64,000 bases of DNA. Source: Eledone cirrhosa (lineage: Eukaryota). The notes beneath the pieces are model-generated. The model was not told the origin of the DNA, did not search any database, and saw only the letters and a program-made list of their open reading frames with translations. The DNA lies in assembly GCA_964016885.1 (NCBI GenBank), contig OZ024742.1, positions 152,892,001 through 152,956,000 of the forward strand. Direction: 5' to 3'. Made by a program: the position numbers and the translations under genes. How positions within the stretch are numbered: the first letter of the stretch is position 1; each line of letters begins with the position of its first letter. This document shows, piece by piece, positions 30,199 to 45,064 of the stretch.

Positions 30199-30243
<45 letters not shown>

Positions 30244-30298
30244 GTATATATATATGTATATATATATATATATGTATGTATATATATATATGTGTGTA

Positions 30299-30348
<50 letters not shown>

Positions 30349-30389
30349 GATATATATGTATATATATATATGTATGTATATATATATAT

Positions 30390-30428
<39 letters not shown>

Positions 30429-30443
30429 CATATATATATATAC

Positions 30444-30478
<35 letters not shown>

Positions 30479-30545
30479 CATATATATATCTATATACGTA
30501 TACATATATATATACATATATATATATATACATATATATATATAC

Positions 30546-30576
<31 letters not shown>

Positions 30577-30599
30577 CACATATATACATATATATATAC

Positions 30600-30630
<31 letters not shown>

Positions 30631-30651
30631 CATATATATATACATATATAC

Positions 30652-30707
<56 letters not shown>

Positions 30708-31026
30708 TCATATATATATATATATATATTCATATATATATATACATACATATATATATATATATACACACATATATATATATACATACATATATATATA
30801 TACATATATATATATACATACACACATATATATATATACATACATATGTTTTATTTTAATTTTAACTTTAATTTCGTCCTTTAATATGACTGTAATCTTT
30901 GTATGTAAATTACCATGCTATATTATCATAATGGATGTCAACCGACTGTAGGTCAATATATGCATATGTTTCTATATGTCTCTTGTGTTGAAAAGGAGGT
31001 CAAGTATGTTAAAAATCACTGAATAA

Positions 31027-31075
31027 TTGCTCCGAAGATTCCAAACCTCGGTTTGGAAGAAACAATTGTAAGCAA
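31027..31075 (+). ncRNA. Minimal hammerhead with U4C core, in pLTR remnant ~30847-31110
   Basis: TTGCT-CCGAAGA-TTCCAAACC tc GGTTTGGAA-GAAA-CAATTG-TA-AGCAA; flanks homologous to ~20140-20395. Confidence 0.7.
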
Positions 31076-31227
31076 ATAAATGATTTAAACAGAACTTTGA
31101 TTCATGTAATCTCTATATATACATACATATATATATATACATATATACAAATATATATATATATATATACACATATATGTATATATATGTATATATATAT
31201 ACATATATATATATATATACACATACG

Positions 31228-31259
<32 letters not shown>

Positions 31260-31452
31260 CATATATACATATATACAAATATATATATATATGTATATAT
31301 ATATATACATATATACATATATATACATATATACATATACATACATATACATATATACATACATATACATATATACATACATATACATATATACATACAT
31401 ATACATATATACATACATATACATATATACATACATATACATATATACATAC

Positions 31453-31495
<43 letters not shown>

Positions 31496-32662
31496 CATTA
31501 AGAAAGAGAGATCCTTCGAAATATAATAACAATCATCTCCATATTAAACCATCAAGAAGCAGATTTCGGGTTAAACCATAAATTCTAAACAGAATATTTA
31601 ATACACGAAGAAGAGGAAGTCCTAAAACAGGTGCCATCTATAGTAATTAATATTACTCACCCATCCATAATAATTCTACAAACACTCACACTCTAGTGTA
31701 TTGATTTCTCTTTCCATCACTGATTTTAAATATGTGTTGTCAGAGAATTTAGAAGAGATACACCACTTTACAGTATTTCAATATAAATCAGTAACACCGC
31801 AATGATTTATATAGACATTCAACAAAATATCTATTTAACAACACGATGCTTGATTTATTTTTTGTCTTGTAAAGGATATTCTCTCTCTCAATACAAATAT
31901 TTAGCTTTTGGGAATCAGGCTTGAGCAATTTTCATAATTTTAATTTTTCTTTTCAAATTTGTTAATGATTCTTTTAAAAAATGTTTTTCAGTTATTGCTT
32001 CGCTAATCAATTAAATAAATGGATCTTGACATACTGTGAAATTTATGTTACAATCTCTAGTCGCCTTGATGGCAAATTTAAGCGCATTGCCACTTATTCT
32101 ATGGCTTTACGTTAGTCTTTAGTATATCATCAGTGTAAAAGTTCATAAAATTACGATACATAGAGTAAGCCGTGTGAAAGATGAAACAAATTAAAAAGAA
32201 GTGACAAGATTTAAATTTGAAACACTAAAATATAATATGTAGATAACTGTAACACGAGTAGTAGCGCAGTATACTACCTTCCTATAGCATGTAATTCTAC
32301 TTGATCACCATCACAAATTATTGTATGTTATACTACAGACTTATAGGCAGATATAAAGAAGATTATAGGCGGCGAACTTTCAGATTCCTTAAAACATCGG
32401 ACAGAAGACTTGTCGACATTCGTTGCCGTTCTCTTTGCTATGAGTTCAAATACAACCGAGGTGATGACAACTTTGCCTTTAATTCTTTCCTCATCGATAA
32501 AAGAAAATTGCCAAAGAGATACCGAGATCTATTCATTCATTCTCTCTCTTTCTTTCTCCTCGGGAAGAAATGAACCTCTTTAGACCCGGATTTGTCTTGG
32601 GTTCCGCGAGTTTCAAAGTGCCTGAGACATGCTGTATGTCAGGGCTGAACCCCAACGATTCA

Positions 32663-32718
<56 letters not shown>

Positions 32719-32720
<2 letters not shown>

Positions 32721-34343
32721 AAAGTTATATTTAAATTGTTGGGTTACAACTAGTAAATATTTATAACTGACATAAAAGCACTCAACAAGTATTTGGAGTA
32801 TATTTACGATATTAAATAAATGGAAACTATATTTATAAAACCATATTTATTTCATTATATATATTTCAGGGATATCATATTAAAAATATGTTATGCCTTC
32901 TTCAGACAAAATACAATATAGACAGTTTTATAGATAAATAGATTTGACATACCGTTCAACATCGACTTGTATTTGAAAAAGTTGATTTGGCAGTGAAAAA
33001 TTGTAAACAGAAAGAAAGAAAGAAAGAAAGGAGGAAAGAAAGAAAAAAAAGGAAAAAAAAGAAGAAAAAGAAGAAATGCATGCAACAAAATAGAGAGATG
33101 GAAAGATAGATAAAGAGAAGAACTTCATGTAAAGAAACAGAGAGAGATATATAGAGAGAGGAAATAGATAGAGATAGATATATATAGAGAAAAGTAGGTA
33201 GTTGAACGACGTATCAATGATACATTTATTTATTTATTTATTTATTTATTTAGCTCTAGTATTAATGTAAGGGAGATATATGTGGTTAGATATATGTTCG
33301 CTATAATAACCACAAGAATTCTTTTACAGATCCAAGCAAAAAATCTTCAACAGCACTATCAGGCGTACTCTGGCAACTTAGGCAAGATAACGTTAGATAT
33401 TCGACGGCTTGGAATATAGTCTCAAGAGGGATTCCTTTTAATTCATCCTCTGAGGCATGTGACCTCTGCGCGGAGGAGATATTCTTTATACTAAAATCTA
33501 AAAATTCCCTTAATCTACGGACAAATTTATTCAGTTGCTGCAAACATAGATTGAACTCAACTTTTAAATATAAATTTAAATTTAAAATGTAGTATATTTA
33601 GTTTGATTTGTAATTATTTGGGAAACTAGCCGATAAATCTTTCGATTTCTTCTTTTTATTCTTCTTTTTATTTTAATTTTTATTTTAAACATTCTTCATG
33701 AAAATTAGACTACCCTAAAAGTTGATGCTCCAAATATATCGAATAAACGTTACACTAGATAAACTTCTATATTAAATATAAGAACATATGTAGACCAAAT
33801 GGGCATCCTAAACTTTTGAAATGATTTCTGCTAGACGCGATTTGGTAAATAATTTTTAGCTTTATCTGTTTTCGACTCTGATGCTTATAATGAACTTGGC
33901 AATATATTGTCAATTCATTTTGAAGGGTTGATCTTTGTGGTCGATTTGCGTGGCATATTATGTTTTTATTTTTATTATTTTAATATTTTTTAATATTTTT
34001 AATATTTTCATTTTTAATATGTAATATTTTATTATTTTTTTAGTTTTCTATTTTATTTATTTGTTTATTATTATTATTATTATTATTATTATTGTTATTG
34101 TTATTCCTTGAATCTCAGTCATTGATGTTGGTTAACTGGAAAGTCCGTTGGATTGAATATCAAGCCACTACCTGCAACCTCAGATATTCAGGACGTATTG
34201 GAGGGTTCTTGCCGTTCCAAGCAAGCATGCCTTTTGAAGCCTTCCAAAAAGCGTGAAGGGGCCGATTTTCTTTAACCATCCCTGGAAACCTTTGGAGATA
34301 GTCCCCAGTGCGCCTATGACAATCGGGATCACTTTATTATTAA

Positions 34344-34386
<43 letters not shown>

Positions 34387-35322
34387 TTTTGTTTTTTTTC
34401 TGATATTTTTATTAATATATTGAAATCTGTTCTCTATTTCTGCTTGATAGATAATCATGTAGAGTAAAGACAAGAATAGTATTGTTAAAATTAATATAGA
34501 CTCTATATATATGTGTATATATACACATATATGTATACTTAAATTTTTATAGCACAATGAGAATGTTCTCCGTGTGAAATAGGGGTTTGCAGAGTTGATC
34601 ACGTAAATTCACATCGATGTTTGTAGTTATCGTATAAACATATGAATTTTTAAAACTAGACATAAGATCATTACTTTTCACACATTATAGATACGTGTCT
34701 CATTCAGGAATACTGATATTTACATTATAGTGCCTGGTTTTTATACGAACTAATATTTCTATATTAAAACATAGGGTTTTTAAATTCTGCCTCGCCTATG
34801 TCTGGTTACTTTTCATTTTTCTCTCTATATAACGGCTGGTTTCTTTCCTAACCACATATATCTCCCTTACATTAATACTAGAGCTAAATAAATAAATAAA
34901 TAAATGTATCATTGATACGTCGTTCAACTACCTACTTTTCTCTATATATATCTATCTCTATCTATTTCCTCTCTCTATATATCTCTCTGTTTCTTTACAT
35001 GAAGTTCTTCTCTTTATCTATCTTTCCATCTCTCTATTTTGTTGCATGCATTTCTTCTTTTTCTTCTTTTTCTTCGTTTTCTTTCTTTCTTTCCTCCTTT
35101 CTTTCTTTCTTTCTTTCTGTTTACAATTTTTCACTGCCAAATCAACTTTTTCAAATACAAGTCGATGTTGAACGGTATGTCAAATCTATTTATCTATAAA
35201 ACTGTCTATATTGTATTTTGTCTGAAGAAGGCATAACATATTGTTAATATGATATCCCTGAAATATATATAATGAAATAAATATGGTTTTATAAATATAG
35301 TTTCCATTTATTTAATATCGTA
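32719..35322 (+). mobile_element. 5'-truncated PLE with inverted 5' pLTR
   Basis: GIY-YIG C-terminus at ~33297-33591 (YNNHKNSF...CDLCAEE...SCCKHR); ~32805-33290 is the reverse complement of ~34847-35322; hammerheads at 32849-32912 (-) and 35215-35278 (+): ATTTTGT-CTGAAGA-AGG..CCT-GAAA-TATATA-TA-ATGAAAT. Confidence 0.88.
34106..34335 (-). mobile_element. 3' fragment of an R4/Dong-like RLE non-LTR retrotransposon
   Basis: VIPIVIGALGTISKG...LQKACLLGTARTLQYVL* C-terminus; (TAA)n on both sides. Confidence 0.8.
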
Positions 35323-35382
35323 TATATATATATATATATTAATTCAAAATATTAACAAAAATAGACATTCGTTGATCAAGTA

Positions 35383-35449
35383 TATTTTATTATACATATT
35401 TCAGAGGTACTGAGCTATCTTTAACAGTACGTCCTCATCAGATAAAATA
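35383..35449 (-). ncRNA. Type I hammerhead (separate family)
   Basis: Minus strand: TATTTTAT-CTGATGA-GGAcGTACTG..CAGTACcTCT-GAAA-TATGTA-TA-ATAAAATA. Confidence 0.8.
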
Positions 35450-37155
35450 AGATGATGCATGACATACCGTGACATAGTAGATAGCTAAGATTCAGTCATG
35501 GTAGTGAATATGATATGATAAGACTCAATATTTATATCCCTTAAGATTGAGACATGAAATAACTTACATATAATACAGAGGGTGCGTGTGAGAAAGCTTA
35601 AAAATACATAATAGCAATTTACATATCTGTTAGAGATTTAAATAATTTAAATTATTGAAGAAAGAAGAAGGAAAGAAGAAAGACAGAGAAAAACAGATGA
35701 GGAAAAACTATAGTTACTAGAAATATAGTAAGCAAAAGAGAATTGATCAAGGATAGACAGACAAAGGGGAATAATTTCTATAGTATAAAGCATAGACAAA
35801 ATACATGAATATACATTTGGGCATAGCTTTGTGAAAGAGTAAATTCGAATCTTTGAATTACCTAGAAGTATCCATCTATCTAAATATTAAATATATCTGG
35901 GTGTAATTATATGAGGGTTTAATTTCGCGTCCTCAATTAATAAGAAATATACTAGCAATTATTTACACACCATATATATCCAAACTTAACCGGCTGATCG
36001 TTAAATTTCAAATTCCTTATGTTAGTTCAGAATAATGGATTAAACTAAAGGTATAATATTTCAGGCTATAAAAGTTTATAAATGTCTATATTAATATTAA
36101 AGTATACTAACATATTTAATTTATAAAATCATATTTAAAGTATTTTCAAACATGAGAAAGAAACATCCACACGAAGGTAAACCATATTAAATTATATTAT
36201 CTTATATTATTTTCCCAAAATAAAATAATTTTCACTATATAATTTAGAAAATAATTACAGTTATAACTTTAAAAATTTTATATTAACAATTAGAATGCCA
36301 TAAAGCATCTAGAGGCCTTATATTGAAACTTAAAAAAGTTATTATTAAATTTGATATATGCATTTGTCCAAATATATACAAAGAGTATATTGTTTAAATT
36401 TGAAGACGATATTAGTCAGTTATACATAAGACAATATATAAGACAATATAATATAATATAATAAATAAGATACTGTTAATATTGTTACAATTAAGATTTT
36501 AGATCAATTATTGTATCTTAGGTTCATGTAATACATATATACTATGAAAAGTTCACGAATCATAAGGAAACGAACCAGATTCAAAATAAATAAGTAAATT
36601 GTTTGCGATCATATACGTGCCAAATATATAATTTAAAATACAAGAACCTTTTTTTTAAGGATCTATATAGTATTATAGTATCATATTTAAAGTGTCTGCA
36701 AACATGAGAAAGAGAAAACTTAAGATTTTCCTCGACCCGAAGGTAACCCGAATTTAATTAAATTAAAAATAATAATCTTTATATAATTTATAAAATATTC
36801 AACAATTATAACACTAGAATGTCCTTAAGTATCTAGAGTACTTATAAATGTGGCTTATAGAGTACTTATAAATGTGGCCTGTTATTAAACTTGATATTCA
36901 CATTTGTCCAAACACATACAGAGTATTCTGTTCGGAACTCAAAATGATATTAGTGATCCATATACATATAATAAATAAATAATAAAGACATTGTTAGTAA
37001 AGTTATAATTGAAGTTTAACATCAAGTTAAGTGGAAATGTTTGTCGACTAGGATCGTGTACGATGTTGAGTGCTTTCAATCCATTGTAAAACTCATTCTC
37101 TGATTTATTCATTGAACATTGTTTAACCTTTAAATATATATATATAGAGAGAGAG

Positions 37156-37649
37156 ACAATTGAGGTTGGTAATGGCACATGGAATATATAAGAGACAGAA
37201 TACTTTTTTGTGAAAAAACATATAATTTTATAAGGTAAGGAAATAATAAAGTGTATAAAAAATGACCGGTTTCGATGGGTTTGCAAAAGCCATCTTTTCA
37301 AATGTTGATTAATATTAAGAAAATTAATAATAAGAAGAGTTAAAATTTGAGATTTCAAAATTCAAGTATAAAATTCAGTGTGGGATTTCATAGTAGTTTT
37401 CATCTTGGTAGCAGCAAGTTGACTGCTGTGTGCCTTTCTGGTAGTGAATGAGGAGTTATTTGGGGGAGTGGGTTATTTTATAAAGGTCAGATTTAGCAAT
37501 GGCCAGATGGCCAGCTGCTGGTCAGTGAGGGGGTGGAAGCAATATACATACACATATCTCCCTGTGGTCGGTAGGAGAGGGGAGAGTGATAGATAGGGAT
37601 TTAGTGCACTTACACCTATATATACACACATACACTCATCCACACACAG

Positions 37650-37682
<33 letters not shown>

Positions 37683-40600
37683 TATATATATATACATATA
37701 CACACATACATACACACACACATACATATACATACACGCATACTCACACACACACATATATACACATACATACACATATATATACACACACAAACACATA
37801 TACATACACATACATCCAGATACACACATATATACACACGCACACACACACACACATATATGCACATACACACACATATATATATATACACACACACATA
37901 TGTATACACATACGCATACATCCAGATACACACATACATACACTCACACACACACACACGATACATACACATACGTACATCCACATGAACACACATACAC
38001 ACACACACACATATACACATACATACACCCACACACATAGAGAAATGGCCTCCAAATATATATATACATACATACACATATATTTTTTCCATAATATAAG
38101 AAGTTAGGACAGTGAAATTAAAATGCAAGTCATTCTGATCACATTGAGTTCTTCATGTAGATTGGGCCCCGCAACCGACAGTGGTGAATTCTGTGTGCGC
38201 ATATATATATAGATATATGTGTGTGCACGTGCAGGGTTTAACATGGATGTGTTGGTCACACAAAGGCATGGTCTGTCAACGAATAAACCTGATTCTACAG
38301 AATTGGTCTCTGGTCTTTAATAGTAGTGATAATTATATACATGCACACATACACACACATATATCTGTCACTCCGTGCGTATGTGTGTTTATATTTTATG
38401 ACAATTCTATTGGGGTGATAACCCGTTTAATTTTGGTTTAAATTTGTTAAGGAATAGATTTTCTTTGTTTATTCTTTGTTGCTGAAGAAATAAAGCACTG
38501 GACACGTACTGCGAACACATCACCAACTTTCCCTATGAACAAATTACAAATAAACACACGAAATCAAACCTATCTACACATGAATGGGAAGAATTATTCA
38601 CACTTAGAAACAACCCTGAGATAACCACCAAAGAAGCCGATAAAGGCAGTACTGTTGTCATTATGAATACGGACTACTATAGGACCCTCGCACTTAACAT
38701 TTTAGAAAACAACACATACTATGAAAAAACAGAAAACTACAAACACACCAAAACAATGGGGAACCTTTTGACCTTACTGAATAAATACCGCAACAGCTTA
38801 ACCACAACAGAGTTTAACTATATAAGCCACTTCAAATGCAATACAAGCTCTTTTTACGGCTTACCGAAACTCCACAAATGTAATCCCATAAACGATGCAT
38901 GTGACACCTCAACCAACAATTACATTGAACTAACACCACCAGAAGACCTAAAACTCAGGCCAATTATAGCAGGCCCTACATGTGAAACCCACAGACTTAG
39001 TAACTTTCTGGACATCCTACTGAAACCCTTTCTACAACATATACAGAGCTACATACGAGATGACCTTGACATGCTGAAGCACCTCCCTAAAACAGTAAGT
39101 GCAAATACACTTCTTGTCTCCTTTGACGTAATAAACCTCTACACAAACATACCCCACAAATATGGAATAACAGCAGTCCAATACTGGCTTAACACACCCA
39201 TCAGAAATACCGACACGCATCAACAAAGATGTTATCACTGACAGACTCCGCTTTATCCTACAAAATAACTACTTCACATTCAATGGTTCAACATACAGAC
39301 AAGTATCAGGTACTGCAATGGGCACGAAAGTAGCACCCACATATACCAACCTAGTCATGGGATTCCATGAACAGCAAATATACAGTCAGTCCCTTCTCTT
39401 ATTTGGAGACTCTTTCCACACAGACCTCAAAGCCAATTGGAAAAGATATCTAGACGACTGCTTTATCCTATGGCAAGAAGACATGAACTCACTTACTATG
39501 TTTAAAAACATGATAAACAACATAGATAATAATATACAATTCACAATGGAATCCAATCCCAAGGAATTAGCCTTCTTGGATATTCTCATCTCTGTAATAG
39601 ACGGGAAATTAGATACAGATATATTCTATAAAACCACAGATTCCAAGCAATAACTCTTTTTCACATCAAGTCACCCAAAACATACAAAACTTAACATTCC
39701 TTACAATTTGGCAAAACGTATATGTACCATAGTATCAGATCCACCTAAACGGGAGCAAAGACTAAAGGAACTAAAAGACACACCTAAATCCCCATCAACT
39801 TAACAATCCAAAACAGAAAACCACACTCAACACCCTGCCATATGTATCCACTTTCAACCCCAGAAATACCGAAATGTTTGATCACCTACACAAAAACCTC
39901 CCCATCCTACTTAAAGATGTAAAAATGAAGTCTATTCTTGAAACACACAAGATCCTTAAAAGTAAAAGACAACCCAAATCACTAAAACGCATTCTCACTG
40001 GACCAAATATACCCAAACCAATCCTCAACCCTACAGTTACCAAATGTGGTAGAACAAACTGTGGAACGTGCCTCTACCTCACCGAAGGATAAAAATTTAC
40101 ATTTAAAGATGGCCAAACATTTACAGTAAAAAACAATTTCACCTGCAACTCGGAGAACTTGATTTACGCAATAACTTGCGGTGGGTGCAAACACAACTAC
40201 ATAGGACAGACGGGCACCTCATTACGCAAAAGAATGACCATCCACCGCCAACAAATCCGGGACGCTAACACAAGAAAAATCCCCTTGAGCAGCCATATTG
40301 CGAACTGCGCAGGAATGACACTACCCAACTTTAAAATCTTCCCCTTCTACAAGTGCTCAGATTCGTTCACACAGCAACAAAGAATAAACAAAAAAAATCT
40401 ATTCCTTAACAAATTTAAACCAAAACTAAACGTTTATCACCCCAATAGAATTGTCATAAAATATAAACACACATACGCACGGAGTGACAGATATATGTGT
40501 GTGTATGTGTGCATGTATATAATTATCACTACTATTAAAGACCAGTGACCAATTCTGTAGAATCAGGTTTATTCGTTGACAGACCATGCCTTTGTGTAAC

Positions 40601-41002
40601 CAACACATCCATGTTAAACCCTGCACGTGCACACACATATATCTATATATATATGCGTACACAGAATTCACCACTGTCGGTTGCGGGGCCCAATCTACAT
40701 GAAGAACTCAATGTGATCAGAATGAGTTGTATTTTAATTCCACTGTCCTAACTTCTTATATTATGGAAAAAATATATGTGTATGTATGTATATATATATA
40801 TATTTGGAGGCCATTTCTCTATGTGTGTGGGTGTATATATGTGTATATATGTGTGTGTGTGTATGTGTGTGCATGTGGATGTATGTATGTGTATGTATTG
40901 TGTGTGTGTGTATGTGTGTCTATGTATGTGTGTATCTGGATGTATGCGTATGTGTATATATATGTGTGTGTATATATATATGTGTGTGTATGTGTGTATA
41001 TA

Positions 41003-41035
<33 letters not shown>

Positions 41036-41813
41036 CTAGATGTATGTGTATGTATATATGTGTGTGTGTGTATATGTGTGTATCTAGATGTATGTGTATG
41101 TATATATGTGTGTGTGTGTGTGTATATATATATGTGTATGTATGTGTATATATGTGTGTGTGTGTATGTGTGTATGTATATGTATGTGTGTGTGTGTATG
41201 TATGTCTGTATATGTATATATATGTATATATATATATGTATATATATATATGTGTATATGTATGTATATGTATATGTATGTGTGTGTGGATGAGGGTATG
41301 TGTGTATATAATAGGTGTAAGTGCACTAAATCCCTATCTATCACTCTCCCCTCTCCTACCGACCACAGGGAGATATGTGTATGTATATTGCTTCCACCCC
41401 CTCACTGACCAGCAGCTGGCCATCTGGCCATTGCTAAATCTGACCTTTATAAAATAACCCACTCCCCCAAATAACTCCTCATTCACTACCAGAAAGGCAC
41501 ACAGCAGTCAACTTGCTGCTACCAAGATGAAAACTACTATGAAATCCCACACTGAATTTTATACTTGAATTTTCAAATCTCAAATTTTAACTCTTCTTAT
41601 TATTAATTTTCTTAATATTAATCAACATTTGAAAAGATGTATTTTGCAGACCCATCGAAACTGGTCATTTTTTATACCCTTTATTATTTCCTTACCTTAT
41701 AAAATTATATGTTTTTTCACAAAAAAGTATTCTGTCTCTTATATATTCCATGTGCCATTACCAACCTCAATTTTCTCTATAACCTTCGTTTTGTGTAGAA
41801 ACTTACACTTTTC
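37156..41813 (+). mobile_element. PLE (Neptune/Poseidon-like) with ~1.3-kb inverted arms
   Basis: 37156-38487 is the reverse complement of ~40372-41775; variant hammerheads at 37259-37306 (-) and 41624-41671 (+); ~35-nt tail on the right arm only. Confidence 0.9.
38500..40440 (+). pseudogene. PLE RT + GIY-YIG, frameshifted and stop-interrupted
   Basis: EADKGSTVVIMN, FYGLPKLHK, LRPIIAG, SFDVINLYTNIPH, GTAMGT, RYLDD, FLDI, CGRTNCGTC, IYAITC..C...YIGQT...RMTIH. Confidence 0.92.
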
Positions 41814-42971
41814 ATATATATATATGATGAAAAATAAGAGTTACGGGTGAAAGAGGGTAATATCCATCGTCAGTTGTCTGCTAGGAATCATAGGTATTTC
41901 TTCGCGTTAGAAACAAGACACCTTAGCCTAGGACGAACAATAACTAAAATAAGTTATTGGGATAAAATGGGGTGTTAAACAGACACGCAGGGTAAAGCAA
42001 CGTAAAGAGTAGAAATATAGGAAACAAATATCCAATCAACAACTGATTTCGAACAAGACCTGGCGAGTTTGACGTTAGAAACAAGACACGTCATCACTCG
42101 AGCCGTGTGAGAGAGAAGAGATTGTTTACAGTGGCGGACGAGGGAGGAAGTGAGCTTCCTTTTACTTACACATACACACGTATATATATATAGTTGTGCT
42201 TTTCAACCACTCCACCCCATATTTCTATCATCATTATGCAACTCCTCCTCCTACCTCGCTCCTAACCGCACATAATCCCACCCATACTACTTCCTTTTTC
42301 TGACCCTTAGCCTGTCCAGATAAACTAAGCATTCTCTGGTCTCCTACTTTTTTCGTCAGCCCAGTTTACTACTATCATAAATTCGACGAAAGCAGTACCA
42401 AGACTAGTGACCTATTTGTACACACCCTACAAATATTATTACACCCATGAAAGGCTTGCTGAAAACACAAGCTGAAACCGCTTGGCGCACCGGAATAGAT
42501 TTTACCATTCTAAATATCCCCAGGAATGTTATAGTTGTCTCGCCCCCTCTCTCTCTCTATATATATATCTAAAGAATAGCGATGAAGTTTTGTTTACATC
42601 TACATAGGTTTTTGTGTGTATCACCCTGGTACGCGCATTTCAAAGAGGATTGGCTCAAGTTCAGTTATATAAGTTATGGAGACGACTCAAATATCGACTA
42701 GCTCTACAGACTGGTGATTTAATGAATGTTAGTATCAGCACCAATAATTCACCGAATAATATTTATTACACACACACACACATACACTCATAGCAAAAAT
42801 CACGAGCAATCTATCTCAAAACTATTTTTGAAAAGCATAAGAAATGCGCAACCGGTAAAAACTTAAAACTAAAACTGAATACTAACTAATACTTATTACT
42901 AATTTATACTTATTCCTAATTAAACTATTTTTCACTGGGAAAAATTTGTCTGCATTTTCTTTTCCTTGTTA

Positions 42972-43020
<49 letters not shown>

Positions 43021-43919
43021 TCCGTAGGAGAAGAATGCGACATTTAGAAAATATATTTGGTGGACAGATTCCAACACGCTATGCAGAAAGCGTGTTTATT
43101 AGATTGGTAATTAAGAAAAGGTGTGTCGTTTTGAAATTTATCCAAGTACAAATTATAGATTAGCTATTGAGAATAAAATAATTTTCGACACTTCGCACCT
43201 TAATATCAATATATGATTTGAAATTAATTAAACAACGATAGAAATTAAAGGATTTTATCGCTATTTGCTGTTTTAATTCTCACTTTCACGATAATTGCTA
43301 TGTCGGTTACCATCCATAGTGAAATGTAACAAATTAATAAGCAGTTTTGTTGCAGGTTAAGTTGATAAAGGTTTTAGATGTACTCACTGAACAGTTATTT
43401 GCCTGCAACCTCTCATTTTCAATGTAATAATGCTAGTTTAAATGTCAGATAACCCTTATTAGTCAGTTCTACACAACAGTAAATATGGATTTCCTTTGCC
43501 TTTCAGCGATGTAATTGTATGCTGTGTTACTTGATCTCAGAGATATGGTAGAATTGTGTCAGTGTCGATGCTGCAGAAGTGTGACAAAAATGTTGACATG
43601 CCGATCCGCAAAATGAAAATGAGAATATCAGTATGAACGTAAATGGCTTAAGAGGCTCTTCCGCGATATATATGCTTCTGTGGTAGTTTTAAGAGAGTAA
43701 CTCCAAATATAATGCCCTAGTAAGGAAACACGTTGGACTTTTGCCTGTTTAGTCTAAGCATATATTCTCCGCTTATATACAAATGAAAACATTCATCACA
43801 TACATACTTGCTTGCATACACTCACAGAAAACACACATACACATATGCGCGCGCACACACACACGCACTCACACAAACACACACTCTCACTCATATATAT
43901 ATATTTGTGTATGTGTGCG

Positions 43920-43950
<31 letters not shown>

Positions 43951-44904
43951 AGTATAAAGAAATTGCTGAAGCGCAGAAATGCTATAAGCATAGCTTATAA
44001 ACTAAGGTGGAGACCATTAAAAGACGGGAAAAATATTGCCAACAACCGCTATGAGGAATTGAAACCCCATATCTTCCAGATACCGCTTGAGCACTTTCTG
44101 TATACTTACATTTATACATATATTCACAGTGCTTCAAAAGCCAAACATTCGGCTTCGTACATTGCTTGTTTACACACGGATGTCAGCCTCTCTGCCTGCT
44201 TGTTGAAGTGTGAAAGCTGTTGTCCAGTTATATAGAGTTAAAATGATGGAAAGAAATGTGTCATTGGCTCCTCTCATTAAAGGTATCTGAAAGATATGGG
44301 GTTCAATTCTTCATAGCTGTCGTTGGCAAATTCTATAATAATAAGATGGTGAAGAGGAAGCAATTGTAGTATACCGTTTGGAATTAGAAGTAAATATTGA
44401 CTTTGAATTATAAGGATACTACAGTGTTTTGCTGAATAAAATAGTTGGAAATGATATTCTAGTGACGAAACGTTTCAAACTGTTTCTGGATATTACCTCC
44501 AATAGAAATATAATTTAGCTGTTCGGCATGTTCCGCCTAGAACTTTAGTATGTATGGAGTTGTTTATTTATGTTTACGTGATATACTTAAAAATACTCAC
44601 AAACATAATGTTCCTTGGAATGTGATATTTTGTGAGGACAAAGCAATGTGTTACTTTCACTTTTATGATATTTTGACAGATGTGGTGCAAATATAACTGA
44701 TTTCCTCAGCAAAAGAATGGTTTAATGGTCGTGTAAATTCCAATGTTCGGGATAATTAAATCCAATGTGTCACATTACTTCTTGTATCGAAAATGTTAAA
44801 TTATTTATTCTTTACAGCATATAAACTAATCGAGCTTTTCCCCTGTATTATAATATAGCTTCAGCAATATTAAGCATTTTTTCATATACTCCCAAATGTA
44901 TCAG

Positions 44905-45064
44905 TTTGAGAGGAGGGATAAATTGATTACTCCGACACCAGTACACCACTGGTGTTTTAGTTGATCGATCTCGATGGAATTTGAACTCCGAATGTAATAA
45001 ACCGTTACCAAATACCGCAAATCATATTGCCCGATGTCCTAAGAATTTTGCTAATCCGCCGCCC
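44905..45064 (-). mobile_element. Decayed tRNA-derived SINE (octopus OK-type-like); another remnant ~45687-45805
   Basis: Minus strand starts GGCGGCGGATTAGCAAAATTCTTAG (A-box-like), has GGAGTTCAAATTCC (B-box) and a CCAGT..ACTGG core. Family name is from memory. Confidence 0.6.

Noticed and set aside
32126-32140. CTGATGA on the minus strand
   Set aside because: No nearby GAAA with compatible stems.
42445-42495. Hammerhead-like GGCTTG..CAAGCT-GAAA-CC
   Set aside because: CUGANGA half and cleavage triplet are too degraded to call; 6791-6855 is similarly weak.
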